Source: Pseudovirgaria hyperparasitica
Lineage: Eukaryota
Assembly: GCA_010093815.1 (NCBI GenBank)
Contig: ML996575.1
Reading direction: 5' to 3' (one strand)
Length of the DNA stretch: 64,000 nt
Shown here: positions 1 through 13,507 of the stretch, one piece after another
How the letters are laid out: every line of letters starts with the position of its first letter
Numbering within the stretch: position 1 is the stretch's first letter
The notes under the pieces: generated by a model
Database searches by the model: none
What the model saw: the letters and a program-made list of their open reading frames with translations, nothing else
Told to the model about the DNA's origin: nothing
Translations under genes and position numbers: made by a program

Positions 1-344
1 ACTGCTCCGAGCCCAAAGGTCAACGAAATGATCTCAAGAGTCCAGGTATCAGACTTTCTGAGACGAGGCACCTTGTTCCATGATCTGAGACTGCCAGACT
101 CAGGTTTATCGACTGTCGTGCTAGTGGAGTTGCTCCAGTGGTGACGGCTGTCTTCTTTGGCTTGTACAAGAGGCGTCTTATTTGATTTGTGGAGACTCAG
201 TGGCTCTGAGACTAAGTGATCTCTGGAGTCGGAATGGTCTCTAGAGCCAATGATTTCGTCCCTGGGATCATTGACCTGGGCTATGTCTTCTTGGAAGATT
301 GAGTCTTCATCCAAGTGTGGTCCTTGGAGTGATTGATAAGCCAT
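1..344 (-). CDS. 5' part of a probable DUF3176-type fungal membrane protein (runs off the window)
   Basis: ATG at 344, frame open to the window edge: MAYQSLQGPH...KSDTWTLEIISLTFGLGA. The DxWxxEIxS motif plus the start of a hydrophobic helix resembles DUF3176 N-termini. Confidence 0.5.
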   Translation of the reverse strand, partial: MAYQSLQGPHLDEDSIFQEDIAQVNDPRDEIIGSRDHSDSRDHLVSEPLSLHKSNKTPLVQAKEDSRHHWSNSTSTTVDKPESGSLRSWNKVPRLRKSDTWTLEIISLTFGLGA

Positions 345-2879
345 GACTTTCACGATTCTTCTGGGAGATCTGAAGTAAGAGTGCGAGGACTTCGAAGAGT
401 GGGTGCGGAGACTCTATGACTTGTGAATGCAATTTAAAAAAAATTCGGTCCTATTAGTTAGTATGAGTGAACGCAAGAGCAGAGATGCAGACAGCGATCA
501 TATAGAAATAGAATTTAGGGTCTCGAGTTACAATAAAGTAAACTTTCTCCAGCTCATGGTGTGAACTTGTGAACCGTGCAGTCTGATCATGCTTATGTGG
601 TAAATTGTTGGCACGATATCATTATGTTCGTCTTCTGACTCCCCCAACGACTGATATTGTGTATTCCTTGAAATTCTCTCATGCACGACGAGACGACTTC
701 TACTTGGGTCGTTGCCATTTGGCAGCCTCGTCGTAGTCCCATCTTTCCGAATCTATTTATAGCATATATCAGCCTGCTGGTTAAACGAGAACTGCTCCCT
801 GAACAAAGATACACTTGTAGATCATAGTGCTGAGCCAATAGTCTCTTTTTAACAAGAAGCCGAGGATATGTTTATGCAGTGCAATATAAGTCTCATATAA
901 TCGTGCTAGCTGCGTCGTCTGCGCCGTACGACTGCATATTTGATGTCAGGCTGACATGGGTGGTAGTACCAATGGTCGGCAGCGGTACAAACAGCACTAG
1001 AAGCCCTCAAATGCGCAGTCCTCTGACATGGCAGATTTATCCTTCTGCCCTCCGAGTAAGCAGTCTCTAAGTTTTACGATAGGTCGCTTATACACATCAC
1101 TGCTGAATGCGGAAGGTGTCCGACCCCGCAGCTGCTCATGGATGTAATATCGACCTACATATACAAACCCACACCGAGTAACTAGGTGCAGATCATCCTA
1201 GCATCTCGTACCGGTGAGACTGCAAGGATGTCTTCCAGCTAGCTAGACTTGCGGTGATCTAGCGGAAGGTCTTACCGAAACCCAGCATGAAACCATGAGA
1301 GGCAATTTGTGCGGTCTTCGAGAAAATATCTGATAGCAAAGTATGCATGGGACGTGGCATAGCCTCATATGCTTCCGTCGACACGCTGATGAACGGGGGT
1401 TGGGTTTTATAAATATTCTAGAATGTAGCCGCTAGCACAGATTCTTCCTGGGATGCTTGCAAAGGATGCATCGATAGATGAGGCACCGATTCGACGAGCT
1501 CTATACGAGCATGTAGCGGTTGTCTGCTAACAGATGTTTACCGCTAATGATCCTTAGCTACCAGCATGTAGAGTCCCAGTAATCTAGAATCTTCCTCATC
1601 GGCGGCTAATTCAACTTTTCAGCCGTGTGCAACGCCGGTGAATATGACGCCGCAAGATCCGTTGTATAGTGCAGCTCTGGTCCCTGATCACCGCGATTAT
1701 ACTTCGATGCGAATAATTCCACCAGCCTGCCGAAGGGCAGGAAGTAAATCTATAGTCCAGTGAAAAGTTGTCGGATTAACGATATTGAATACAATGTCGA
1801 TAGCGATTTTAACTTCAGGCAGAAAGGCGAGCTCAATAACACCTTGCGCGACCGTAAACATGGGGAGCCAGCTGGCTGCCTGATCGAGTACAGGCAGCGC
1901 ACCGATGGTGCGTGCAGATCGGAGCATGAGTGGCATGGCCTCATTCGCATTCTAGATGCCGTGTTTCTTGTCGCGGACGATTTGATCGACTGAAGACAGC
2001 CCGCTTCATGCCGGCTGTGACATCAGTAGAGACATATTGTTCTCTCTGCAGTCAGACCTGTGCAATCTCTGCAAGGAGCACAGTTTCCTAATGAGCCTTA
2101 TTTGCCGTTGAGAATCTGGGATACCAAGGACTAAGAACTAAAAAGCGTAGATGACGCAGAGGGTGACAAAGCGAACTGGGCCAGAAGTCTTGTAGGTCCA
2201 CAAGACATTGAGCAGGCTCTATACATCATGATGGACATGATATTTTGAAGAGTGCTCAACGGCGATGTGCTTGGATGAGGAAATGAAGATGAAAATAATA
2301 ACGCGCCGATATGGAGCAGGTAGATAGATTACTCACTCCGAAGCTAAATTATGGCGTTATTTTTCCGCATCCACACATGATATCACGAGTATACTCCCAT
2401 CTTCGAATAAAATTCCTATGTCAATTCTACTCTGCCTATCTACGAACTGTAGAGCTACAAGCTAAACATGCCGTACACCTGAAGCCCTAGAGCCCTGCGC
2501 GGGGAAATGTGGTTCGGCCGGGATCAATGGATGCCGCTGAAAGTCTTTCCATAGAACTACACATGGGAAGATCAGACAAGATTCCATGGACACCTCACGT
2601 CAACGGCGGCAGGCTGTTGCTCAAGTTCCGACTCAATATATGTGGTCATTCAATTGCTCTCCTCCCTATTAGATTAGGATAGATAGAAGGTAGCTCCACG
2701 GGCGTTACATGTCATACCTGATATGACTAAAACGTCCGAAGTTCATGAAGCGTCTTTGAGAGAGCAGAATCAGAGTTTCTGGATCCTCATCGCGCACTCT
2801 CGATACGCATACGCATAATGAATGGTCCCAAGAACAATCGCCCGGAAAAGAAAATGCAGACACAACGTCTATAGGCCTT

Positions 2880-3560
2880 GTGATAGATGCAAACTTGAGA
2901 AGCTCACATGTGATGGTCTGCTGCTGTATGTTGCCTGTCTCATTCAAATGTTTCTGCTTGTTGGTATGGGGTATACTTATTTCTTCCCATCGATTGTCGA
3001 AACACTAGAATTCAACAACGGCGTCACACTTCTCCTTACCGCATGTCCATTCGCACTCGCGTCTTTTGGATCACTCGAGAACTCAATCACGCGGGCAGCA
3101 CTGTGGGGCGCGCTTTAACATCATCATCCTGCTCTCCATATCTTGCCTGGGCAACATTCTTTGCATCACACTCATCGTTACGGCGGGGCATTATGCGGCG
3201 ATGTTTCTTATGATGCTAGGTATATATTCAGCGCTCAACGTGACGTTGTGTGTGAGCAGCACGATGTCGCGGCCGAAGAGTAAACGGAAGGTAGCCCTCG
3301 CGATTGCTAATGCGCTTGCTAATATTACACACCTGTTTAAAAACTACTTGTATCCGGAGAGCGACCAAGCGAGATGCTTGACCGCTGGAATTACTTTGAG
3401 TGTTTTCTGTGGGCTATGTGCATTCAAAAGTCTTGTATGAAGGTTATATTTGAGGAGAGAGAATCAGAACTTTGATAGAACGGAAGGATTCGCGCAGGGA
3501 AATCCAAAACTTTTCGAAGGAAGGAAGGAGAAAGGAAAATATATATCTGTACCAGGTCGA
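2880..3560 (+). pseudogene. Decayed C-terminal half of an ACS/allantoate-family MFS transporter
   Basis: YFFPSIVETLEFNNGVTLLLTACPF (ORF 2822-3118) frameshifts into RPKSKRKVALAIANALAN...YLYPESDQAR (ORF 3066-3440). There is a premature stop at ~3438 before RLYLRRENQ, and no intact N-terminal half. Boundaries approximate. Confidence 0.75.
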
Positions 3561-3884
3561 CATTGATGATGTACAATGTATATTTTTAAGTGCGTTATCT
3601 ATTACCCTCAACAGTAGTGTATTGTGATGCGACTAAAGAGCCGAAACCAGCGCCAATACTGCGGTAAAACAAGAACGACTGACCACGACGAATATTCACC
3701 GCACGCGGAGCATTCTAGCGATATCTGCAGCTCAATGATAAGTAATGACTGAGACCCGGCTGGAACATGTATCAATTGAGGTGGATCTATCCTGATACCG
3801 CTCTATATGGACGCAATGACTCATACCCCTTGATCCGGGCATACACAGCCTCTTTCCTCCCCAACAACCTACCTACACATCCTT

Positions 3885-4235
3885 TCATCCAAATAAATCA
3901 AACATCCCCTCCTCATCATCTGACTCATTGATTCTACCCGCACAATCCACTCCCTCATCGCCTTCGTTCTTCTCTCCTATGACTTCTGCTGTATCCTTCA
4001 TAGCACCAGCAGTACCACCGTTGTCCGGATCTTTCACACCAAGCGTAGTTACAATCTCCTTGACGTTCTTTCCGTAAAGTGCCTTCGCCATAATCATGGA
4101 CCAAATCGGCTCAATGTCTATACCGGCGGCTTTGAGAATTGTCTGTAGTTTGTCGGGGGTGATTTCGATGTTTTCATCGGCCAGTATGAGAGAGGCGTAA
4201 GCCGCTGCGAGGGTGTGGTCGCTTTGAGTGAACAT
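3885..4235 (-). CDS. 60S acidic ribosomal protein P1-like paralog (divergent, intronless)
   Basis: LAAAYASLILADENIEITPDKLQTILKAAGI.IEPIW...AKAL is the P1 N-terminal domain; acidic tail ESDDEEGMFDLFG. Confidence 0.85.
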   Translation of the reverse strand: MFTQSDHTLAAAYASLILADENIEITPDKLQTILKAAGIDIEPIWSMIMAKALYGKNVKEIVTTLGVKDPDNGGTAGAMKDTAEVIGEKNEGDEGVDCAGRINESDDEEGMFDLFG

Positions 4236-5073
4236 TTTTGGGCGTTACTGAGAGCGGAGCTATAGAATCGGTATATTCTGGTTCGCTGAAGAGAAACGTT
4301 GTTGTACAAGTCTCATTGAAGGAGATTTTGTGATATTTGAGAGGAGTTGATGTAGACTGACTTTAAACGGATATATTTAATAGTGCCTTGAGGAAATGGT
4401 CTGCGGAATAGGAGTCATATCTTGACACAATGGGACACCGCAGTTGCTAGAACATGACTCCTAGATACCGCAAGTAGATATTGACTCCTTGCAGTGAAGT
4501 GATAAATTTATTCATACTTAACAACGGTATCACAAGCTCTTCTAGTGAGCAGATTGTCAATTGGTGACTTGCATGTCTTGTGGATCGAAGGCTGATAGGA
4601 TTCTCCTTCTCTGTTGAAGTACGAGCTCTTGATTGGTCGCCACTGTTGACATACTAGCGAGTGCTGAGGGCAGCTCATATATAGCTGGCCATCTGTATCC
4701 TACGTGCTTTGATTCTCTAGAGTTATATATTGGCCTATTCATGTGTTGTCTTGGTAGAGTCTATGTTCACTGTCACGTTGTAATGACTCTCTGTGGACGG
4801 ACTTACTCCGGACATGCTACTTTGGATAAATGGACCGACAAAGAAGAGGAATCTTTCACTTGGGGAAAGGTATGATTATGTCTCTTCTGTCGCGGTGATC
4901 TCAGAAGTCACTACCTACGACTGCCCGGGAAATGTAGTCCTATCTTTCGATAGAACAAGAGACTATAGAGGAACCAACGCCAAATATCTCCAGTGCTACA
5001 CCATCTTTGATACAACCACGTGCGTCCTATAAGACATTCGCGCATGATGCACAAACATAATCCTCGCTTCAAC

Positions 5074-6625
5074 TCACAGCTTGTATAAACGCTTCGGGCC
5101 TGTGATGATGCCTTTCACGATTCGTTTGTTCAGCCATGCGTAGTAGGCCCACAACCCCAAACACCCAACGACAACGACAAGAAGTACGCCAGCATTTGCC
5201 CAGTGACCAGTTGGATACCCAATTTTCTGCTCATCGGCCTTGTATATCCATACGCCAGCGATTTGGCCAGGTGCGCCGAAACTAATGTTCAATGCGACAG
5301 CGAGACCGATAGCTGCTGTGCTGTGAAGGTTGCTTGACAGCCAGCCAAGTAGCGGTGGTATACATGCGAAAGATCCCGATGCAGCGACAATGAGGCAGCC
5401 GTAACGCGACTTGTAAGAATCAGGGGGTAGCGTTGCGGATCCGATGAAGCCAGCTGCTCCAATGAGGGCCAAAATGGCTGAGTGTAGCCCACGCCTGTTG
5501 AAATGATCAGACGAGTATGCGATAACAATCGTGATGACATATGCGACAGCGTATGGTGGCACAGTGAAAAGCTGCGCAGTGAGTCCCGTGTATCCCAGTC
5601 CAGCCGTGATGCTCGGTGTAAATAGCGACAGTGAACTGAACGGGAGAGAGATGCAGAAGTAGATTGCATAATGAATATACAACCTCCACTCGGTCAGTGT
5701 TGATTTCACGTCTGCCCACGTAACTGCAACATCGCCTTTCGCACCCTCAAACTTGAGCCTAGCAAGCGCTAGATTGCGCTCATCGTCCGAAAGCCACTTT
5801 ACCGTCTCAGGATAGTCCGGTAAGATGAACAGAACTACGACTGCCGAAAGGCAACTTGGAATGCCCTCCAGAATGAAAAGCCAGCGCCACGCAGACAGCC
5901 CGTGCACACCGTTCATGTGGCCAATGCCAAACGCAATAGCACCACCAAATGCACCTGCAAGCGTCGCGCTAGCTAGAATGAGTGCTACTCGCACACTCCG
6001 CTCATCCGTACGATACCAGAAAGTGAGATAATAAATCAGTCCAGGAAAGAGCCCGGCTTCGAAAACACCGAGTAAGAACCGCACTGCCGTTACAGCGCCG
6101 TAGCTATGCACACCACCGAGTCCGATAGTTATGGCTCCCCACGAGAACATCAGAAATGCGATCCAGCGGGACGGTGAGATACGCTTGAGGAGGTAATTAG
6201 ATGGCACTTCGAAGATGGCGTATGCAACGAGGAAGACCATGAGGGCAATAGTGTATTGGTAGTTTGTCATGCGCGTTTCGCTGAGTAGGTCATTGTGTGT
6301 GTTTGCGTTCAGAACTTTGGCGTTACCGATGTTGGAGCGGTCGAGGTAACATAGGAGATAGATGAATGCGCAGAGAGGGATGATGCGAATGTCCTGTTTA
6401 CGGATGAGCGCACGGTCGGCGGCCGTTGAGGTGTATATGGCATCAAGGTCGAAGCCCGGTGCAGGCTGAGAGTATGTTAGAAAGACAAGTCTAGATCTTT
6501 GAGGTGAATATGCGCACGGAAGTCCCTGATTCGACATCTTCATTGAGGTTCTGTTCCTTGGATGCCTTATCCATATCGATATTGATTATAGGCTTCGCAT
6601 CGCCGACACGACCATCTGTAGCCAT
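5074..6625 (-). CDS. MFS transporter, ACS family (TNA1/allantoate permease-like)
   Basis: Motifs YLDRSNIGNAK, FEVPSN, RFLLGVFEAGLFPG, WRWLFILEG. Inferred exon 1 6625-6518, intron 6517-6466 (GTGCGC...CTAAC...CAG). Confidence 0.92.
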
Positions 6626-7576
6626 CGTGCAATGTGATCACCGAATAGCACTTAAGTCTGAGCAGTCAATTCTTGCGGTGCCTCTAGAACATGCGTCTGC
6701 AAGGTTGCTGCTCTGTGTTAGTGGCGAAAGCGTAGATGATTAAATGTTCGAGTCTCTGATTATCGTGATGTTTGAGAACACGGGAAAAAGAAAGGCTGGA
6801 GAGATTGTATATCCCTGCTTGCTCCGCGCCTCCTACGCAGTCCGGTGGCGGTCGTCGAGCCGAGTGACGTGTTGAAGAATCACTATCCACGGCTTGCGAT
6901 ACTTTGCATGGAGGAGTAGTCAATGTAACGTATAGGGTCACGCCATTGAATTCGGTACGCGACATGCATTGGATTAGGCGGAGGATCGCTAACATCGAGG
7001 TTTGAAGAGATGATGGCAATGCCATGAATCCGAGTCAGCAACATATCTACTGTGGTATATATGCGAACAGGATAACTTCATCCTTGCTGTTTTCCTTTTT
7101 CTTCTTCATGCACATTCTGTTTATTGTCGCCAGTTGGTAGAAGGTACTGGTCACGTGATAATACGGAAGACGGCGTCTTGCAACGGGGGTCGTACGTTTC
7201 TGAGAATAGCAGCCTTCATGATTCTCCACACTTTATATGTCAGCTTATCAATTATGCGTGGTTTTGAAATCGTTCGAATGATGAGGTATGTTCAAGCCCT
7301 TCAGAGATCTGTACCTGTCACGATATTTAGAGACTAGTGTTGCTATAGCGCGCTCGGGCGAAAAGTCCGCGAGCCTCAAGATCAAACAGTTTCAGTATCT
7401 TGGCGCTAGTGAATTCTTCCACCACTCATCCATGTCCACCTAGGACAACAGAAAGCATCAAAATGGCTATCTTGTCTTGCTCTTCGCAATCATTGGTCTC
7501 GACATTGCTTCAAAACTGCCATTTTGCGCATTCGCAGCCCCGTATTCATCGTTGACTTTAGATCTTGGAGGGCGAC

Positions 7577-8207
7577 ATGTCTTTGCAAAGCTACGGTCTG
7601 CAATTATTGTCGTCTTTGTCACAAGCAGGCCTCGTACCAGGATCCTCACCACTGATACCCGATGATTTTGTCCCTGTAGCAAAATTAACAGTCACTTATG
7701 GGACTAAAGACGTTTTTGCTGGCAAGTTCTTCCGTGCAAGTGAATGCAAGATTGAGCCTACGATCACGATCCAAACAGATGTAAGATAACCAAATCTTCA
7801 ATTGTCGGTTATGACTTATTCCATCATAGACAGAGTTAGAATCCGCAAGTTACACACTGCTGCTTATAGATCCAGATGCGCCAACACCGGATGACCCGAA
7901 ATTCGCATACTGGAGACATTGGATATTGACGGGCTTGTCGCCGTCCAAGGGTGGAGCGACGACTGAGTCAAAGTCTGCTGTGACACCATATCTCGCTCCG
8001 GGGCCCAAGGACGATTCGAGGCCACATCGATATCTCTTCCTACTTTTTCGTGAACCCAGAGGATATGATCTAACCACGAACGATGTTGGTGGTGAAGAAT
8101 TCGTACAGCGGCGATCCTTCAGAGTCGCAGACTTCGTGAAGAGTAAAGGTCTGGAGCTCGTTTCATTGGACTGGATGCTATGTGCAGGAGATGGCTGGGT
8201 TGAGTGA
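7577..8207 (+). CDS. Phosphatidylethanolamine-binding protein (PEBP/Tfs1-like)
   Basis: After splicing intron 7781-7829: YTLLLIDPDAPTPDDPKFAYWRHW...YLAPGP...HRYLFLLFREP, the PEBP signatures. Confidence 0.9.
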
Positions 8208-8876
8208 AAGGTCAAGCATGCTAATTATTTTGTTTGATATGTCTCCAAGAAGCCTTCGCTACGAAGCAGCACGAAGTAGTCGATACGAAAGTATCACAGC
8301 GTCGTACATTGAGATTAATAGCATACAATATTAAAGTGCTGCAGCCGGCTGGTGGACAGTTAGGTGGTTCCTGGCGTCCTCTCCAGTCGTCCACTCCGAC
8401 CGAACTTCCATCACTCCTAACTCGATGATCGCTCCTGCTCGATGAAGTTGTCCAGGGAGATTCTACTTTAAAAGTACGAGAGAGCCAGGGATAGAATGTG
8501 TCAACACTGCACGTTTATGTACCGGAAGCCCCAATGATCGCACTAGACTGATCAATTCTGCCCGAAACAAGCTTCGGGTCGGACCGTTTGGCCTCCTACA
8601 TAACATCTGTTGCATTACCGGATGCGATAGGTGGAGAAATCCCCCCACTAGTCCCTCATATTAGTTACATACTGACTCCAGGTAACGATCCCAAGTCCCA
8701 ACCTGGCAAAGGAGACCTATTGCATCCCCCGCACTGCAATCTAGAAGATCGGCAAGAACTGTGACACTGCATATGCGACTTCTAGAGGCGTCCTCAACAC
8801 TTCGGCTGAATAAAAATATAACGATGAGCAATAGTGCTTTGAATACCATCCTTCCTCAACGACAGCAGATCCCGCA

Positions 8877-11413
8877 ATGCTGCTCCCAAGGTATATTGCG
8901 TTCTTCCTGATAAATTTTGTCATCAGGTGTGAAGCCAAGACTTTATGGTCCTATTCGCCCGCATCTTCAGAGGACATCATCAGAACCGCGTACCCAGTTG
9001 GAAATGGAGTTCTCGGGGGTCAGAGTTCTCTACCCAGGAACGGTAATTGAGGCTGACACCGTACACAGCTATGGCATTCGGTCCAGCTGGTGCAGAGAAG
9101 TTGGTGCTTAATATCGACAGCCTCTGGTCTGGTGGCCCATTCGAAAATTCGAGCTACAGAGGTGGAAACCCGAGTAGTCCGGTCTCTAGCTCTCTTGATG
9201 GCATTCGCGATTGGATCTTCCAGAACGGGACCGGAAGCGAGTCTGTGCCTTGTCTAGACTGATCTTACTTCTAATGTCTTCCAGATGTGTCACAACTGCT
9301 CGGCTCCAACGAGATGTATGGCTCATACCGCGTTCTTGGTAATTTTTCCATCGAGATTGCCGGTGTATCAGATGCGACATCTTCTTACCATCGACAATTG
9401 GATCTAAAGAATGGATTACATGCAACTACTTTCCTGGCTGATGGGGCGTCGTTTAGTACGACTGCGTATTGCTCGTTCCCTGACCAGGTTTGTGTATATG
9501 ATGTAACGTCTGACCATGATCTACCTAGTATCACAGTCTGGCTCGAAAACCAGAAAGTGGATTCAGCACTGAACAAGCAGAGTTGTGGTAATGCATATGT
9601 TCGCATGCGAGGCGTCACCCAGATCGGGCCTCCTCTTGGTATGCGATACGATGCGATTGCTCGTGCGATTGGCGATGCTAATTCATCTTGTGACCCGGAT
9701 ACTGGGTACTTAACATTACATCCTAGCATCGGTTCAAAGCAGGCGACATTTGTTGTTGGGGCTGACACTGATTTTGATCAAGAGAAGGGCACATCAGTGT
9801 TTGGTTATAGTTTCAGGGGGGCCAACCCAGGTTATTCAGTTAGGAGACTTACAGATACTGCCGCACGTAAAACTGCCGCAACACTTCTTGAAGCACATAT
9901 AGGTGACTACCAGAACCTAGCTGGGAGATTCGTGCTCGATCTACCTGACCCTTTGGAATCTGCCGCATTGGAGACGTCCGAACTTTTCGAACGATACAGC
10001 TCGTCGAATACTACTGGCGATCCATTCCTCGAAAGTCTGCTCTTCGACTTCTCTCGTCATCTCTTCATCAGTGCCTCACGTGAGAACTCGTTGCCACCAA
10101 ATCTACAAGGACGATGGAGTGAGGAGCTTGGCGCCGCGTGGTCTGGTGATTACCACTCAAACATCAATCTCCAAATGAATCATTGGAACGCAGATCAAAC
10201 CGGTCTTGGTGAGCTGCAAGCTGCGTTGTGGAACTACATGGAGCAGAATTGGGTACCTCGCGGTACTCAAACCGCCAAACTGCTGTATGGTGCACCGGGA
10301 TGGGTTGTGCATGATGAGATGAACATCTTCGGGCATACAGGCATGAAGAGTGATGCCCAGTGGGCGAATTGTAACACCATCCTATATTTTATGATCTACA
10401 TAACATTGGTACTAATGAATCGTTCAGATCCCATAGCAGCCGCATGGATGATGCAGCACGTATGGGACAACTTCGAGTACTCTTCGGATATTAGTTGGCT
10501 GCGTGATCAAGGCTATCCTCTACTGAAGGGTGTAGCCCAATTCTGGCTTTCCCAGTTGATGAAAGACAAATACACGAACGACAATACTATCGTCGTCGCA
10601 CCATGCAATAGCGCCGAGCATGGTCCTACGACTTTCGGGTGTGCTCACTATCAGCAGCTCATCTATCAAGTCTTCGAATCCATTCTATCCAGCAATGCCT
10701 TGATTGGAGACACTGACACGTCTTTCATCACTAACGTAAGCAGAACACTCGAGAAACTAGACAAAGGCATCCACATCGGCTCCTTTAACCAAATCAAAGA
10801 ATGGAAACTCCCGGACTCATACGGCTACGACTTCCCGAATGATACGCACCGCCATCTCAGCGATCTCGTCGGCTGGTATCCCGGCTACTCCATATCCTCG
10901 TACGAGAACGCCTACACCAACAGCACCCTCCAAGAAGCCGTTACTACCAAACTATACAGCCGCGGCAACGGCAATGCCGCTGACGGAAATGCCGCCTGGG
11001 CAAAAGTATGGCGCTCGGCTTGTTGGGGACGACTGAATAATACAGAGCGCGCATACTACGAGTTGAAATATGCGATTGAGCAGAACTTTGCGCCGAACGG
11101 TTTGAGTATGTATTCGGGGAGATATCCGCCCTTCCAGATCGATGCGAACTATGGGCTGGGTGGGGCAGTGTTGAGTATGCTTATGGTTGATTTACCGCAA
11201 AGGCACGGGGAACTTGGGGTTCGGACGGTAGTGCTTGGGCCTGCGATACCTGTTTCGTGGGTTGGTGGGTCGGTGAAGGGGCTCAGGTTGAGAGGGGGCG
11301 GACAAGTTGATTTTGACTGGGACAACGAGGGAATTGTGAGGTCTGCGGTGGTGACTGGTAGGGAGAAGCCCCTGAGAGTAGTGAACAAGATTGGTGATGT
11401 GGTCGTGGCTTAG
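8877..11413 (+). CDS. Secreted glycoside hydrolase family 95 (alpha-1,2-L-fucosidase-like)
   Basis: Signal peptide [20 protein letters not shown]; motifs [54 protein letters not shown]. Introns 9019-9068, 9237-9284 (GC-AG) and 10371-10427. Confidence 0.93.
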
Positions 11414-11802
11414 CTCGGATACGAGGAAGAAGTGTTGCTAGTGACTCTCAATTGACATGAATCTCAAGACTCTTTTGATCGATTTACGCTACAATATAAT
11501 GAGTCAGTTTTGGACAGATGGGATTGCAATAGATGCTAGGTGGTAAGCCACTACGGTATTTCTGATCTGAACTTCAGTCTGACAAGTGCATCACGTAATG
11601 CACATACGCAGCAATATGAAGGTCGCAGATGCGCGCGACGTATGGAAGGCGAGTGCAAGCATCCTATCATACAAGCCACCATGGGTGGCTTCTGGTCGCA
11701 GCCGAGCGGGAAGATATATGATGTTCAAAAAGTTGAGCTGCATCAGAGCTTTCCTGAAATACGAGATTGCTGATTGCTATAGACCCCCTATTTCCATTAC
11801 CT

Positions 11803-12681
11803 CTAACTCGTCTTTTTGGCCTCTTTTAAAGTCGTCTCGACAACATCAAGCCCAGTCATCTTCTTGATCATAGAATCACCAGCTCCGATAGGCAAAAATG
11901 TCGCCAACCACGCCAGAGTACTATTCTTTCCAGCCCACACCCAATGCGACGGATTTGACACGCTCAGCTTCGCAACGACTTTCCGCGCGTAGCCCATTGG
12001 CTCTAAGTTCTTTTCCATGATTTCTTTCCCACCCATCGCACGCTCTACCCGATCTTTGGCAACATTGAAGATACTATCCGCTGGTAGTGATGGATTTTTC
12101 GCATTATCATAAAAGGTAGTCCTCACGCCACCAGTAAGCAGATTGATGACGCGGATGCCAAATGGTGCAAGCTCGAGGCGCATTGTTTCAGTCAGTTGTG
12201 TCGCAGCGCCTTTGGAAGCATTATATGCACCAGCGAACGGCATTGCGCCGACCCAAAGCGACGCGCCGGACGTGTTATTAACGACGATTCCGCCGCTCTT
12301 GCTGGCGCGCAACAGGGGTAGGAATGCTCTCGTTACGGAGATCAATGAGTAGAAGTTCAGCTCGAACAAGTCGCGGGCTTGTTCCCATTGGATATCGAGG
12401 ACTGGGGCCGTGTAGCCGCCGCCAGCGTTGTTAAGGACCATGTCTAAGCTGCCTCCTGTGAGGTTGGAGACTTCGATGACGGCAGCAGATATCGACTCGG
12501 CGGATAGTGTATCGAGCTGGACGACCTCGATGCCTGCTTCGGCAACTGCTTTGGTCTTGGAGACAGTACGCGCAGAGGCGATGACTCGCCAGCCAGCTTC
12601 CTGAAATGCGAGGGCGAGGAAGCGACCTAGTCCGCCATCAGAGCATCCGGTGATTAGGACTGTGCGCTTGCTTGAAACCAT
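11803..12681 (-). CDS. Short-chain dehydrogenase/reductase, AYR1-like
   Basis: VLITGCSDGGLG, NNAG, YNASK, RLELAPFG. Confidence 0.9.
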   Translation of the reverse strand: MVSSKRTVLITGCSDGGLGRFLALAFQEAGWRVIASARTVSKTKAVAEAGIEVVQLDTLSAESISAAVIEVSNLTGGSLDMVLNNAGGGYTAPVLDIQWEQARDLFELNFYSLISVTRAFLPLLRASKSGGIVVNNTSGASLWVGAMPFAGAYNASKGAATQLTETMRLELAPFGIRVINLLTGGVRTTFYDNAKNPSLPADSIFNVAKDRVERAMGGKEIMEKNLEPMGYARKVVAKLSVSNPSHWVWAGKNSTLAWLATFLPIGAGDSMIKKMTGLDVVETTLKEAKKTS

Positions 12682-13411
12682 TGCGATTTGTCGTTTGAGT
12701 GTGTGATCTCGATGTTATGGACGTGGTGCTTTGTATGTTGCCTTGCTTCGTTGCTTTGTTAAGCTGATGCTTTGATATTGAGTGTTAATGATTGATAAAC
12801 AAGGTACACAGCTCGGAGTCTGTACTGTCGATAAGATATAGAATTGAAGTCTACTAAATTGCCATATCTCAATCTTATATAATAATACTATGAGCGGCTT
12901 GACCTTTGTCCGCCTCGGCCACTGTCACTATAACAGCTTAGCATAGACGCATAAGTCAGGGACAAATTCCAGGTGCCAAGTGCATGTGGCGCTGCACGGT
13001 CGGAGGATTACGCTTCTTCCTAAACCCATTTTATCGCCGAATGAAGTTTCGGGACCGAGGACTTGAGGCTGAACAGTTCGGCCGAACAAGTCCGCCTGAC
13101 TGTTTCCGAAGTCAATGCTCCGTAGCATGGATTGTACCCGGCCCAATGTTGTGCCGCTTCTGAGTCGGGAATGAACCATAAGACTTGGGCTCTGCTATGC
13201 TTCTGGATAGTCGACTATTTACATTGCGCTTACTCTGCCGACTGCCAACAGTCAAACGTCCAAATCGACCCCGGCGTCTGTGTTATGCACAATTGCTTGA
13301 CACGGTCAAGTTCGATAGGGGCTGAAACGCGATCCACGTCTTGCCATGATTCCTTTTTCCTCGTCTTGGAGACTTTCGTCTCCCTTTGACACGCGTTGTA
13401 TACAGTCGCTT

Positions 13412-13447
13412 TCTCTCTCTCTCTCTCTCTCTTATATATATATATAT
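13412..13447. repeat. Compound (TC)n/(TA)n microsatellite
   Basis: tctctctctctctctctctct followed by tatatatatatatat. Confidence 0.9.
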
Positions 13448-13507
13448 GTAATAAGTTCCATAACTTGATGAATTAATAGTTCAACCTTATTTCTCTTTAT
13501 CAATCAG

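Noticed and set aside
1100..2350. Possible decayed gene (short ORFs, intron-like GCTAACAG)
   Set aside because: No recognisable protein motif; cannot be supported without BLASTX.
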